Positions 38,624-50,727 are shown, counted from the stretch's first letter. The stretch: DNA of 64,000 bases from Dehalococcoidia bacterium (GCA_050010555.1 JBEKKV010000003.1:16241-80240), one strand, 5' to 3'. A program made the numbers and translations. The notes: generated by a model not told the origin, from the sequence alone.

Positions 38624-38715
38624 CGGAGGCAAATGCTTATGTTGAGGCCCCGGCGAATCGGCGTCTTGGGGCGGCGGATTCGGCCCTTCTTGACAGAACA
38701 CGCCACGCAACTTGA

Positions 38716-38761
38716 CCACAATATGTTGGGTTTTGCCCCTTGACAACCTCTATATGTTGTG
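38716..38761 (+). promoter_or_regulatory. Two candidate NrdR boxes (CCACAATATGTTGGG at 38716-38730; ACCTCTATATGTTGTG at 38746-38761) overlapping promoter elements
   Basis: AT-rich partial palindromes in an otherwise GC-rich region. They resemble the NrdR-box consensus acaCwAtATaTwGtgt and are spaced ~30 bp apart. Box 2 sits in the spacer of a TTGACA(38740)-17nt-CAGAAT(38763) promoter. Confidence 0.5.
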
Positions 38762-38774
38762 CCAGAATCCCCCC

Positions 38775-39422
38775 ATGCGATGCCCCTACTGTACTTCTCA
38801 GGACACAAGGGTGATCGACTCGCGGGAGGCCGAAGACGGCATCCGGCGGCGGCGGGAGTGCGCGGCCTGCGGCGAACGCTTCACGACGTACGAGCGTCCG
38901 CTGGCCACCGGCCTGCTCGTCGTCAAGAAGGACGGCCGTCGCGAGGAGTACACGCGCGAGAAGGTGCTGCTGGGCATCCGCAAGGCTTGCGAGAAGCGAC
39001 CGCTGGCAGTGGGGACGCTGGAGGCGGTCGTCGATGAGATAGAGGCGGTGCTCAACGAGCAGGGGCTCGCCGAGGTGTCGAGCCGCGACATCGGCGAGAT
39101 GGTGATGGGGCACCTGCGGCAGTTGGACCAGATAGCCTACATCCGTTTCGCCAGCGTCTACCACGAGTTCGCCGATCTCGACGACCTGCGGGACGAGGTC
39201 GACGCGCTGGAGGCGACGCTGGGGACTGCGGAGGGCACAAGCCAGCCGCCGCTCATCCCGGAAGAGGAGTTGCAAGGCCTGGCCAGGTCACCGGCGTGGC
39301 GGGCCTTTCAGTACGGCAAGGGGGCAAAGACTCGTTATCGGCAGAGGCGGGCCGTCTCGGCGGCCGCCGGCGAGGCGAAAGGAAGCGCCTCGTCGTCCGC
39401 TCGACGGGGCGGCCCAGGTTAA
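38775..39422 (+). CDS. nrdR: Transcriptional repressor NrdR (zinc ribbon plus ATP-cone), with a ~60-aa C-terminal extension
   Basis: 'MRCPYCTSQDTRVIDSRE...RRRECAACGERFTTYER' zinc ribbon and ATP-cone ('VVKKDGRREEYTREKV'). Start is Met22 of the listed ORF. Confidence 0.85.
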   Translation: MRCPYCTSQDTRVIDSREAEDGIRRRRECAACGERFTTYERPLATGLLVVKKDGRREEYTREKVLLGIRKACEKRPLAVGTLEAVVDEIEAVLNEQGLAEVSSRDIGEMVMGHLRQLDQIAYIRFASVYHEFADLDDLRDEVDALEATLGTAEGTSQPPLIPEEELQGLARSPAWRAFQYGKGAKTRYRQRRAVSAAAGEAKGSASSSARRGGPG

Positions 39423-39449
39423 TCAGGCAAAGGAACGCATCTCACGAAG

Positions 39450-39755
39450 ATGGAGTCGGAATACGGTCGTGACTACGGTCGGGTGCTGAACGGCGGCGGC
39501 GAAGTGCTGGCGACGGGCGCGTTCGAGATCAACAAGGAGCGCTGCGAAATCGTCTTCCGGCCCGTCGTCGATAGCAGCCTGCTGGACAGGGAGACCGGCC
39601 CGCTGATCATGGAGTTGGACGACGGCCGCATGCTGGACATCGCCGGCAAGTACCTTCGCTTCCGCCTCCTCGGGCCCGACGGGGACCGCCAGTCAATCTA
39701 CCGCCTCCGTTACGCTGCGGGGCAGGAGGCCCGCGGCACCCCCGTCTCTCACTAG
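39450..39755 (+). CDS. Hypothetical protein (101 aa) between nrdR and nrdJ
   Basis: Strong GC3 bias consistent with real coding. No recognisable domain. Same strand as nrdR and nrdJ, and tightly spaced. Confidence 0.4.
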   Translation: MESEYGRDYGRVLNGGGEVLATGAFEINKERCEIVFRPVVDSSLLDRETGPLIMELDDGRMLDIAGKYLRFRLLGPDGDRQSIYRLRYAAGQEARGTPVSH

Positions 39756-39850
39756 AACACCGGCCAAACAACGCCGACCCGGCCAGAACGGGACGGCGCG
39801 CACGCGCTTTAGACCATTTCGGTCGGATTCCCGGGAAAGGATAAGGGGCC

Positions 39851-42565
<2,715 letters not shown>

Positions 42566-42746
42566 CGTGTTTGGAAGCTGTCGGCGGACTCCCCCGCCAC
42601 CAGCCGCCCGACAGCGATCTAGAAGTGGCGTCCCTGATTCGTCAGGGGCGCCACTCATTATTGGCGCGCGACGGAAATGATAAACTGGATTCGGCAAGAA
42701 TCCGGCATAAAGGACCCTGGGTAGAGGACGACCCGGAGGTGCACCT

Positions 42747-45098
42747 ATGGCGACCAAAGCTCACCCCAACTCCATTGCTCTCTCCGATAACGCCCGCGTG
42801 GTGCTCGAGCGGCGCTACCTGGCGAAAGACGAGCGCGGCCGCACCGTCGAGACGCCGGAGCAGCTATTCCGACGCGTCGCGCACAACATCGCCGGCGCCG
42901 AACAAGCGTACGGCGGCGCGCAACAGGTGGACTTCTGGGAGCAGCGCTTCCTCGACGTGATGACGAGCCTGCGCTTCCTCCCCAACTCGCCGACGCTAGG
43001 CAACGCCGGTCAGCCGCTGCAGCAGCTCGCTGCCTGCTTCGTCCTGCCGGTCGAGGACTCGATGGAAGGCATCTTCGGCGCCATCTGCAACATGGCGGTG
43101 ATCCACAAGAGCGGCGGCGGCACCGGCTTCTCGTTCAGCAGGCTGCGACCGGCTGGCGACATGGTCCGGAGCACGGCGGGCCTCGCGAGCGGTCCGGTGT
43201 CGTTCATGAAGGTCTTCGACGCGGCAACAGAGGCGATCAAGCAGGGCGGCACGCGGCGCGGCGCCAACATGGCGATCCTCAACGTCGAGCACCCGGACGT
43301 CGAAGAGTTCATCCGCGTCAAGTCGGACATGGTGACGCTGACGAACTTCAACATCTCGGTGGGCGTGAACGAGCGGTTCATGGAGGCGGTGGAGCGCGAC
43401 GAAGAGTTCTTGCTCGTCAGCCCGCGCACGCGGAAGCCGGTCGGCAAGCGACGGGCGCGGGCGGTCTTCCGCCTCATGGTGGAGAACGCCTGGCAGAACG
43501 GCGACCCCGGCCTCGTGTTCATCGACCGCGTGAACCGCGACAACCCGACGCCGCGGCTCGGACCCATCGAGGCGACGAACCCGTGCGGCGAGCAGCCGCT
43601 GCTGCCGTACGAGTCGTGCACGCTCGGCTCGATCAACCTCTCGCGATTCGTCAAAGAAGGCGAGCGCGAGGTCGACTGGGAGGCGCTGGCGGCGACGGTG
43701 CCGGTCTGCGTGCGCTTCCTCGACGACGTCATCGACGTGAACCACTACCCGATGCCGGAGATCGCGGCGATGACGCTGAAGACGCGGAAGATCGGCCTCG
43801 GCGTAATGGGCTGGGCCGACCTCCTCTTCCGGCTTCGCACTCCCTACGACTCCGACGAGGCGCTGAAGCTCGGCGAGCAGATGATGGCGTTCATCCAGGA
43901 GAAGGCGGACGCGGCTTCGGCGGAGCTGGCGCAGGCGCGCGGGACGTTCCCGGCGTGGGAGGACAGCGTCTACGCGGCGGGGCGGGAGCGACAGCCGCTG
44001 CGCAACTCGACTCGTACGACGGTGGCGCCGACCGGCACGCTGTCGATAATCGCGGACTGCTCGGGCGGCATCGAGCCGGTGTTTTCGCTGGCGTTCACGC
44101 GTCAGCACTTCCTCGACCCGCACAATCCCAGGACGGCGACGAAGCTGACAGAGGTGAACAAGCACTTCGAGCGCGTCGCCAAAGAGGAAGGCTTCTATTC
44201 GAAAAGGCTGATCGATGCGCTCGCGGCAGGCGCCAGCCTCCGCGACCAGCCGAAGGCGCCGGAATGGGCAAAAGGCGTCTTCGTGTCGGCGCACGACGTC
44301 GCGCCGGAGTGGCACGTGCGGATGCAGGCGGCGTTCCAGCGCCACACGGACAACGCCGTGAGCAAGACGATCAACTTCCGTCAGGAGGCGACGCCGGACG
44401 ACGTGGAGCGCGCATACCTGCTGGCTTACCACGAGGGCTGCAAGGGGGTCACGATCTATCGCGACGGGTCGCGGGAAATGCAGGTGCTGTCCCACACGAC
44501 GGCGAGGGGCCCCGAGCAGCAGGAGGCGATAGCCGCGGAGCGGTCGCTCGGAGCGGGCCCGCCGTCGCTGCGTCCGGGCGAGCCGTACCGACGCCGCCTG
44601 CCGGACCAGAGGGCGTCGCTGACGCACAAGTTCCAGGTCGGCGACCAGGAGGGATACCTCACAGTCGGCCTGTACGACGACGGCAACCCGGGCGAGGTGT
44701 TCGTCACCATCTCGAAAGAGGGGTCGACGATCCGCGGGCTGATGGACTCGGTAGCGGTGCTGACGTCGCTGGCGCTGCAGTACGGCGTGCCGCTGGAGGA
44801 CCTGGCGCGCAAGTTCGAAGGGACGCGCTTTGAGCCGTACGGGTTCACGAACAACCCGGAACTGCGTCAGGCCACGTCGCTGGTCGACTACATCTTTCGC
44901 TGGCTGGAGGTGCGCTTCGGCGAGGGGAAGAAGGAGCCGCCCGCAACCGGGCCGTCGCGCGGCCGCAAGAAGGGGGAGCCTCTGCCGGCGAGCGGGGACA
45001 TCAGCACGGGGGTGGCGTGTCCGGACTGCGGGTCGCTACTCGTATTCGCCGAGGGCTGCCTGGCGTGCCGCTCCTGCGGCTACGAGCGCTGCGCGTAA
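42747..45098 (+). CDS. nrdJ: Adenosylcobalamin-dependent ribonucleotide reductase (class II, NrdJ), paralog 2
   Basis: 783 aa. 'NSPTLGNAGQP', 'ACFVLPVEDSMEGIF', 'GGGTGFSFSRLRP' and 'NPCGEQ' resemble Thermotoga-type NrdJ. C-terminal 'CPDCGS...CLACRSCG' zinc ribbon. Confidence 0.85.
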   Translation: MATKAHPNSIALSDNARVVLERRYLAKDERGRTVETPEQLFRRVAHNIAGAEQAYGGAQQVDFWEQRFLDVMTSLRFLPNSPTLGNAGQPLQQLAACFVLPVEDSMEGIFGAICNMAVIHKSGGGTGFSFSRLRPAGDMVRSTAGLASGPVSFMKVFDAATEAIKQGGTRRGANMAILNVEHPDVEEFIRVKSDMVTLTNFNISVGVNERFMEAVERDEEFLLVSPRTRKPVGKRRARAVFRLMVENAWQNGDPGLVFIDRVNRDNPTPRLGPIEATNPCGEQPLLPYESCTLGSINLSRFVKEGEREVDWEALAATVPVCVRFLDDVIDVNHYPMPEIAAMTLKTRKIGLGVMGWADLLFRLRTPYDSDEALKLGEQMMAFIQEKADAASAELAQARGTFPAWEDSVYAAGRERQPLRNSTRTTVAPTGTLSIIADCSGGIEPVFSLAFTRQHFLDPHNPRTATKLTEVNKHFERVAKEEGFYSKRLIDALAAGASLRDQPKAPEWAKGVFVSAHDVAPEWHVRMQAAFQRHTDNAVSKTINFRQEATPDDVERAYLLAYHEGCKGVTIYRDGSREMQVLSHTTARGPEQQEAIAAERSLGAGPPSLRPGEPYRRRLPDQRASLTHKFQVGDQEGYLTVGLYDDGNPGEVFVTISKEGSTIRGLMDSVAVLTSLALQYGVPLEDLARKFEGTRFEPYGFTNNPELRQATSLVDYIFRWLEVRFGEGKKEPPATGPSRGRKKGEPLPASGDISTGVACPDCGSLLVFAEGCLACRSCGYERCA

Positions 45099-45106
45099 CG
45101 AATAGC

Positions 45107-45808
45107 ATGCCAACATCGAACGCAGGGACCAGCGCCATCGCCGCGAATCTGCGATGGGTTCGCGACCGCGTAGACGCCGCCTGCCGGCGCGCCGGACGCT
45201 CGCCCGCAGACGTCACTATCGTCGGCGTCAGCAAGGGCTTCCCCGTCGAGGCCGTCGTCGCAGCGTGGCAGGCCGGGCTGCGCGATGTCGGCGAGAACCG
45301 CGTCCAGGAAGCCGCCGCGAAGCTCCCTGCGGCGATGGCACAAGGAGCCGCGTTCCGTCGCCACCTCGTCGGCCACCTTCAGACCAACAAGGTAAAGACC
45401 GCAATCGACCTGTTTGATATAATCCAGTCAGTGGATTCGCTCCGCCTGGCGGAGGCCATCAGCAGCACAGCCGGCAAGTCAATAAGCGTCCTGCTGGAGG
45501 TGAACGTCGCGGCTGAAGAGTCGAAGTACGGCCTGAAGCCGGACGAAGTGCCGCAGGCACTGGAGCGCATTCGCTCTCTGCCGAACATCGACGTAGTAGG
45601 GCTGATGACGGTCGCGCCGGCGGCGTCCGATGCAGAGCAGGTGCGACCGGTCTTCCGGCGGCTGCGGGAGATGGCGGAGTCGCTTGGCGTGCCGGAGCTA
45701 TCGATGGGCATGAGCGACGACTTCGAGGTCGCGGTGGAAGAGGGCGCGACGATGATAAGGATCGGACGCGCTATCTTTGGGCCACGGCCCGAGCGGAGTG
45801 AAGAATGA
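45107..45808 (+). CDS. yggS: YggS-family pyridoxal-phosphate homeostasis protein
   Basis: 'VTIVGVSKGFPVEAV', 'GENRVQE' and 'HLVGHLQTNKVK'. This is the alanine-racemase-fold single-domain PLP protein. Confidence 0.8.
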   Translation: MPTSNAGTSAIAANLRWVRDRVDAACRRAGRSPADVTIVGVSKGFPVEAVVAAWQAGLRDVGENRVQEAAAKLPAAMAQGAAFRRHLVGHLQTNKVKTAIDLFDIIQSVDSLRLAEAISSTAGKSISVLLEVNVAAEESKYGLKPDEVPQALERIRSLPNIDVVGLMTVAPAASDAEQVRPVFRRLREMAESLGVPELSMGMSDDFEVAVEEGATMIRIGRAIFGPRPERSEE

Positions 45809-46605
45809 AGGTCGGATTCATAGGCGGCGGCAAGATGGCAGAGGCGCTCATCGGCGCCCTGCTCGTCAACGGCGTCTCCTCGCCGGAGGAGCTGGCCGTC
45901 GGCGAGCCGCTGCCCGCCCGCCGCCAGACGCTGGCCGAGCAGTACCACGTCCAGGTCTCCGCCGACAACCGCAAGGCGCTGGCGGGCGCGGAGCTCGTCG
46001 TCGCCGCCGTCAAGCCGAACCAGTTCAGCGCCGTCGCCGCGAATCTGCAGGGACAGCTTCAGGCGGACCAGACGGCCGTCTCCATCATGGCCGGAATCAC
46101 TCTGAAGAGCCTGCGCGAAAGCCTTCGCCACGAGCGAGTCGTGCGGGTGATGCCGAACCCGCCGGCGCAGATCGGCGAAGGGATGAGCGTCTGGACGGCG
46201 ACACGTGAGGTCGACGAGGAGGCACGGCAGAAGGTGCGGCGGCTTCTCCAGGCGGCGGGCAAGGAGCTCTACGTCGAAGAGGAGCGCTTCATCGACATGG
46301 CGACGGCCGTGTCGGGCAGCGGCGCCGGCTTCGTCTTCCTGTTCATCGAAGCGTTCATCGACGGCGCCGTGCACATCGGCGTCCCGCGCGACATGGCGCG
46401 CGAGCTGGTGGTCCAGACGTTCGCGGGCTCAGCGGCGCTGGTGGACCGCTCCGGCAAGACGCCCGGCGACCTGCGGGCAATGACGACGACGCCCGGCGGC
46501 ACCACTGCCGAGGGGCTGCTAGTACTGGAAGAGGCGGGAATCCGCGCCGCCGTAACGGAAGCACTTATTGCGGCCTTCGAGAAGTCGAAGGCCCTGGGAG
46601 GTTGA
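45805..46605 (+). CDS. proC: Pyrroline-5-carboxylate reductase
   Basis: 'MKVGFIGGGKMAEALIGALL' NAD(P)-binding start and a P5CR C-terminal dimerisation domain ('TTPGGTTAEGL'). Confidence 0.85.
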   Translation: MKVGFIGGGKMAEALIGALLVNGVSSPEELAVGEPLPARRQTLAEQYHVQVSADNRKALAGAELVVAAVKPNQFSAVAANLQGQLQADQTAVSIMAGITLKSLRESLRHERVVRVMPNPPAQIGEGMSVWTATREVDEEARQKVRRLLQAAGKELYVEEERFIDMATAVSGSGAGFVFLFIEAFIDGAVHIGVPRDMARELVVQTFAGSAALVDRSGKTPGDLRAMTTTPGGTTAEGLLVLEEAGIRAAVTEALIAAFEKSKALGG

Positions 46606-46612
46606 GCAATCC

Positions 46613-46867
46613 ATGCTCTTTGTCAAGTTCGTCCAGGTATTCACGGACATCATGATCGCGGCGATATTCATCCGCGCCATCATGTCATGGGTGACCAACG
46701 ATCCGCGCAACCCGCTGATCTCGGCACTCGATCAGATAACGGAACCGATCCTGGGGCCGTTGCGTCGCATAATGCCGAGAATGGGCATGTTCGACTTCAC
46801 GCCGATGGTCGCCATCTTCATCCTCTTCGCCATCCAGACCATCGTCACGAACGCTTATTCGGGATAG
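46613..46867 (+). CDS. yggT: YggT-family membrane protein
   Basis: 84-aa two-TM protein. 'IFIRAIMSWV' and 'LDQITEPILGPLRRI'. GGGAGG lies upstream of the ATG (Met16 of the listed ORF). Confidence 0.7.
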   Translation: MLFVKFVQVFTDIMIAAIFIRAIMSWVTNDPRNPLISALDQITEPILGPLRRIMPRMGMFDFTPMVAIFILFAIQTIVTNAYSG

Positions 46868-47132
46868 CGGCCGAAAGGCGGGCTCGCGCCTCCTCCTCCG
46901 TCAGTCCCTCGACAGCGACGACCTTGTTGCGCTGCGTCTGCCCGACGACGAGCGTGAGGCGGCTTTGCGGTACGTCGAGGGCCCGCGCCAGGAGGCGGAG
47001 CAGCGCCTGATTGGCGCGACCTTCCACCGGCGGCGCAGCGACGCGGACGCGCAGGACGCCATCCTCCCAACCCACCACCTGGTCGCGCGAAGCCTTCGGC
47101 GTCAGCCTTACGGACAGCCGGTATTCCGCCAT
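46845..47132 (-). CDS. DUF167 (YggU/UPF0235) family protein
   Basis: 'RLSVRLTPKASRDQV...GRANQALLRLLARAL.V..SRLTLVVGQTQRNKVVAVEGL' matches DUF167. The short start at Met37 is chosen so that the recA promoter is not overlapped. Confidence 0.6.
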   Translation of the reverse strand: MAEYRLSVRLTPKASRDQVVGWEDGVLRVRVAAPPVEGRANQALLRLLARALDVPQSRLTLVVGQTQRNKVVAVEGLTEEEARARLSAAIPNKRS

Positions 47133-47178
47133 GCGGCCATGATAGCAGAACGGGGCCGCATCGCTGGCCAAAGAAAGT

Positions 47179-47241
47179 CGAACATTTTTTCTTTTTTCCC
47201 GCCATTTTGTCTTGCGGAGGCCCCGATCAGGTGCTATCATT
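47179..47241 (+). promoter_or_regulatory. recA upstream region: candidate promoter TTGCGG-17-TATCAT (47212-47240) and a degenerate Cheo-type LexA box CGAACATTTTTTC (47179-47191)
   Basis: -35/-10 hexamers at canonical spacing ~60 nt upstream of the recA ATG. The GAAC-N4-TTTC element is one mismatch from GAAC-N4-GTTC. Confidence 0.35.
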
Positions 47242-47300
47242 CCGGAGAATGATTGATTTGAGAAGTTTCCTTAGCTATTTCAGATGCAGGAGGTTGGCGC

Positions 47301-48356
47301 ATGGCTGACAACGGAGACAAGAGTCAGGCGCTGGACTTGGCTATCGGCCACATCGAGAAGCAGTTCGGCAAGGGCGCCATCATGCGCCTGGGCGAGGCGT
47401 CGGCGCACCTGCAGATAGAAGCCATTCCCACCGGATCGATTTCGCTGGATATGGCGCTCGGCATCGGCGGCATACCGCGCGGGCGGGTGACGGAGATATT
47501 CGGGCCGGAGTCGGCGGGCAAGTCGACGCTGGCGCAGCACATCATCGCCGAAGCGCAGAAGATGGGCGGCACGGCGGCCTACATCGACGTCGAGCATGCC
47601 CTCGACCCGACCTACGCCGGGGCCTGCGGCATCAAGATCGACGACCTGCTCGTGTCGCAGCCGGACACCGGCGAGCAGGCGCTGGAGATCACCGAGGCGC
47701 TGGTGCGCAGCAACGCCGTCGACGTCATCGTCATCGACAGCGTGGCCGCGCTGGTGCCACGGGCGGAGATCGAAGGCGACATGGGCGATTCGCTTCCCGG
47801 CCTCCAGGCGCGGCTCATGTCGCAGGCGATGCGCAAGCTGTCGGCGGCGATCGCCCGCTCGCGCACGGCGGTCATATTCATCAACCAGCTTCGCGAGAAG
47901 GTGGGCATCGTCTTCGGCAACCCGGAGGTTACGCCGGGCGGCCGGGCGCTCAAGTTCTACAGCTCCGTCCGCATCGACCTGCGGCGCATCGAGAGCCTGA
48001 AGTCGGGGCAGCAGTTCATCGGCAGCCGCGTGCGGGCGAAGGTCGTCAAGAACAAGGTCGCGCCGCCCTTCCGCCTGGCGGAGTTCGACATCATGTTCGT
48101 CGGCAAGGACCTGGGCATCAGCCGTCAGGGCGACATCCTGGACCTGGCGGTGGACATGGGCATCGTGAAGAAGCTGGGCGCCTTCTTCAGCTACGGCGAG
48201 CAGCGCCTGGGGCAGGGGCGGGAGAACGCGAAGGACTTCCTGCGCGACAACCCGGAGTTGACGGCGGAGATCGAGTCGAAGATCAGGAGCGGCGGCGGGA
48301 ACGGTGTCGCGGCGCCGGAGCCGGAGCTAGAAGAAGCGACAGAGCCGTCGCTGTAA
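47301..48356 (+). CDS. recA: Recombinase RecA
   Basis: Walker A '[11 protein letters not shown]', '[10 protein letters not shown]' and L1/L2 loop regions. GCAGGAGG RBS. Confidence 0.95.
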   Translation: MADNGDKSQALDLAIGHIEKQFGKGAIMRLGEASAHLQIEAIPTGSISLDMALGIGGIPRGRVTEIFGPESAGKSTLAQHIIAEAQKMGGTAAYIDVEHALDPTYAGACGIKIDDLLVSQPDTGEQALEITEALVRSNAVDVIVIDSVAALVPRAEIEGDMGDSLPGLQARLMSQAMRKLSAAIARSRTAVIFINQLREKVGIVFGNPEVTPGGRALKFYSSVRIDLRRIESLKSGQQFIGSRVRAKVVKNKVAPPFRLAEFDIMFVGKDLGISRQGDILDLAVDMGIVKKLGAFFSYGEQRLGQGRENAKDFLRDNPELTAEIESKIRSGGGNGVAAPEPELEEATEPSL

Positions 48357-48377
48357 CGAATCGCGACCTCAGACGAG

Positions 48378-48406
48378 GGGCCGGGCCATCGGGGCGCGGC
48401 CCTTTT
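48378..48406 (+). terminator. Rho-independent terminator/attenuator between recA and recX
   Basis: GGGCCGGGCC / GGCGCGGCCC stem (9 of 10 bp) with a 5-nt loop, followed by TTTT. It lies 20 nt before the recX GTG. Confidence 0.5.
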
Positions 48407-48426
48407 CACTTCAGGGGAGTCAAACC

Positions 48427-49059
48427 GTGATCATCACCGGCGTCGAACGGCAGCGAGGGCGGCGGCGCGTCAACGTGTTCGTCGACGGGCGGTTCGCGCT
48501 GTCGCTTGGGCGCAGCTTCGCGCAAGAGAAGGAACTGCACGCCGATATGGCCATCGACGAGGCGGGGCTGCAGGAGCTGCGCGCCGAGGACGAGCGTCGC
48601 ACGGCCTATGACGCCGCCATTCACCTCCTCTCCTACCGGCCGCGCAGCGAGAGGGAGATGCGGCAGCGCCTTCGTCGCCTCAACGTCTCGCCTGAAGCGA
48701 TCGATGAGACGGTGGCGAGGCTGCTGGCGTCGCACTACCTAGACGACGCCGCCTTCGCCGAGTTCTGGCGCGAGAGCCGCGCTAACCTCAGCCCCCGCAG
48801 CCAACGTCTCGTCCGCAGCGAGCTCCTCTACAAGGGCGTAGACGCGGACACGGCGACGACGGCGGTGGACGTTCTCGACGACGACGAGTCGGCGTACCGG
48901 GCGGCGTCCAAGCGGCTGAAGGCGCTCGCGGGCGCGGACTACGACGACTTCCGCCGGCGACTGGGCGGCTTCCTGATGCGTCGCGGTTTCGGCTACGAGA
49001 CGGTGCGCCGGGCGCTGGAGCGTTGCTGGCGAGAAACGGGCCACGACGCACGCTCGTAA
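48427..49059 (+). CDS. recX: Regulatory protein RecX
   Basis: Three-helix-repeat RecX pattern ('YDAAIHLLSYRPRSEREMRQRLRRL'). GTG start with GGGGAG RBS. Confidence 0.8.
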   Translation: MIITGVERQRGRRRVNVFVDGRFALSLGRSFAQEKELHADMAIDEAGLQELRAEDERRTAYDAAIHLLSYRPRSEREMRQRLRRLNVSPEAIDETVARLLASHYLDDAAFAEFWRESRANLSPRSQRLVRSELLYKGVDADTATTAVDVLDDDESAYRAASKRLKALAGADYDDFRRRLGGFLMRRGFGYETVRRALERCWRETGHDARS

Positions 49060-49096
49060 CCGACTTTTCTGCCGCCTCCAGCAAGCCCCGCTTTTC

Positions 49097-49125
49097 TTGA
49101 CAGAGCCATCGGCGAGACCTATCAT
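49097..49125 (+). promoter_or_regulatory. Candidate sigma70 promoter for rny (TTGACA, 17-nt spacer, TATCAT)
   Basis: Perfect -35 hexamer and near-consensus -10 hexamer at ideal spacing ~70 nt upstream of the start. Confidence 0.45.
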
Positions 49126-49194
49126 GAGGGGCAGAAGTTTACGTTCTGAACCTTCACAATTTACCGGTTTTAGCTACAGGAAAGCGAGGTGACA

Positions 49195-50727
49195 ATGCCC
49201 GTAGCCATCGCGATTATCCTCATTGGGATTCTAGCGCTGGCGGTCGGGGCTCTCGTTGGATACAACATACGGCTCAGGATCAATCAGACGCAGATCGCCG
49301 CGGCGGAGCGGAACGCTGCCAAGATCCTTTCGGAGGCACAGACAAGACAAAAGGAGATCCTACTAGAAGCCAAAGAGGAGGCTATTCGTGCCCGAGCTCA
49401 GGGCGAAGGGGAGATAAGAGAACGACGCGCTGAGCTGCAGAAATCGGAACAACGCCTCACTCAAAAAGAAGAGAGCCTGGATCGTAAGATTGAGGCCCTG
49501 GAGCGTCGCACCAATGCCCTGTCCGACCAGGAGAAGGCGCTGGACGAAACGCGGCAGGAGCTCCAGGGGCTTCACCAGAAGCAGTTAGCAGAAATAGAGA
49601 GAATATCCGGCCTTACCAGCCAGGAGGCCCGCGAGATCCTCCTCTCGGAAGTCGAGAACGAGGTCCGCGCCGAGGCCAACCGAAGGGTGAAACTGGTAGA
49701 GGCGGAGGTCAAGGAAGAGGGCGCCGAACGCGCCCGCAAGCTCCTCGTTGCCGTCATGCAACGGCTCAGCACTGACGTGACTTCGGAGTCCACCGTCAGC
49801 GTCGTCCCCATACCTAGCGACGACATGAAGGGCCGCATCATCGGTCGCGAGGGGCGCAACATACGCGCCCTGGAGGCGGCCACCGGCGTCGACCTCATCA
49901 TCGACGATACGCCGGACGCCGTCACGCTCTCCGCCTTCGACCCGGTGCGCCGTGAGATCGCGCGCGTCGCCCTTACGCGCCTGGTGACCGACGGCCGCAT
50001 CCACCCCACTCGCATAGAGGAGGTGGTGGAGAAGGCACGCCAGGAGGTGGATGCCGACATCAAGCTTGCCGGCGAACAGGCGGCGGTAGACGCCGGCTGT
50101 CCCGGCCTGCACCCGGAGCTATTGAAAACGCTCGGTCGACTGCGCTACCGGACTAGCTACGGCCAGAACCAACTGAAGCACGCTGTCGAGTGCGCCCACG
50201 TCTGCGGCATGATCGCGGACGAGATCGGCGCCGACGTGCGCGTGGCGCGACGCGCCGGCCTCCTACACGACATCGGCAAGGCGCTGGACCACGACATCGA
50301 GGGCACACACGCCCTCCTGGGCGCGGACCTGCTGCGTCGATTCGGCATGAGCCCTGCCGTCGTGCATGCCGTGGCTGCGCACCACGAAGAAGAGGAGCCG
50401 CAGTCGGTGGAAGCGGTCATCGTCCAGGTGTCAGACTCCGTCAGCGGCGGACGTCCCGGCGCACGGCGCGAGACGCTGGAGCACTACATCAAGCGAATGC
50501 AGTCGCTGGAGGCGGTCGCGCACGAGTTCAAGGGCGTCGAGAAGGCGTTCGCCATCCAGGCCGGTCGCGAGATCCGGATTATCGTCAAGCCGGAGGAGAT
50601 CGACGACCTGGAATCGATGCGTTTGGCGCGCGACATCAGTCGTAAGATTGAAGAAACGCTGGAATACCCCGGACAGGTGAAAGTCACAGTCGTCAGGGAA
50701 ACACGAGCTGTGGAGTATGCCCGCTAG
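49195..50727 (+). CDS. rny: Ribonuclease Y
   Basis: N-terminal TM helix, coiled-coil, KH domain ('GRIIGREGRNIRALEAATGVDLIIDD') and HD domain ('LLHDIGKA'). Confidence 0.9.
   Translation: MPVAIAIILIGILALAVGALVGYNIRLRINQTQIAAAERNAAKILSEAQTRQKEILLEAKEEAIRARAQGEGEIRERRAELQKSEQRLTQKEESLDRKIEALERRTNALSDQEKALDETRQELQGLHQKQLAEIERISGLTSQEAREILLSEVENEVRAEANRRVKLVEAEVKEEGAERARKLLVAVMQRLSTDVTSESTVSVVPIPSDDMKGRIIGREGRNIRALEAATGVDLIIDDTPDAVTLSAFDPVRREIARVALTRLVTDGRIHPTRIEEVVEKARQEVDADIKLAGEQAAVDAGCPGLHPELLKTLGRLRYRTSYGQNQLKHAVECAHVCGMIADEIGADVRVARRAGLLHDIGKALDHDIEGTHALLGADLLRRFGMSPAVVHAVAAHHEEEEPQSVEAVIVQVSDSVSGGRPGARRETLEHYIKRMQSLEAVAHEFKGVEKAFAIQAGREIRIIVKPEEIDDLESMRLARDISRKIEETLEYPGQVKVTVVRETRAVEYAR

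Noticed and set aside
42566-42746. Possible B12 riboswitch upstream of the second nrdJ, or containing the 'CCACTGCC' in repeat C
   Set aside because: Only short GC hairpins are present (GGCGCC...GGCGCG; CTGGATTC-ggcaa-GAATCCGG). There is no B12-box or multi-stem architecture. A B12-dependent enzyme is also not an expected riboswitch target.
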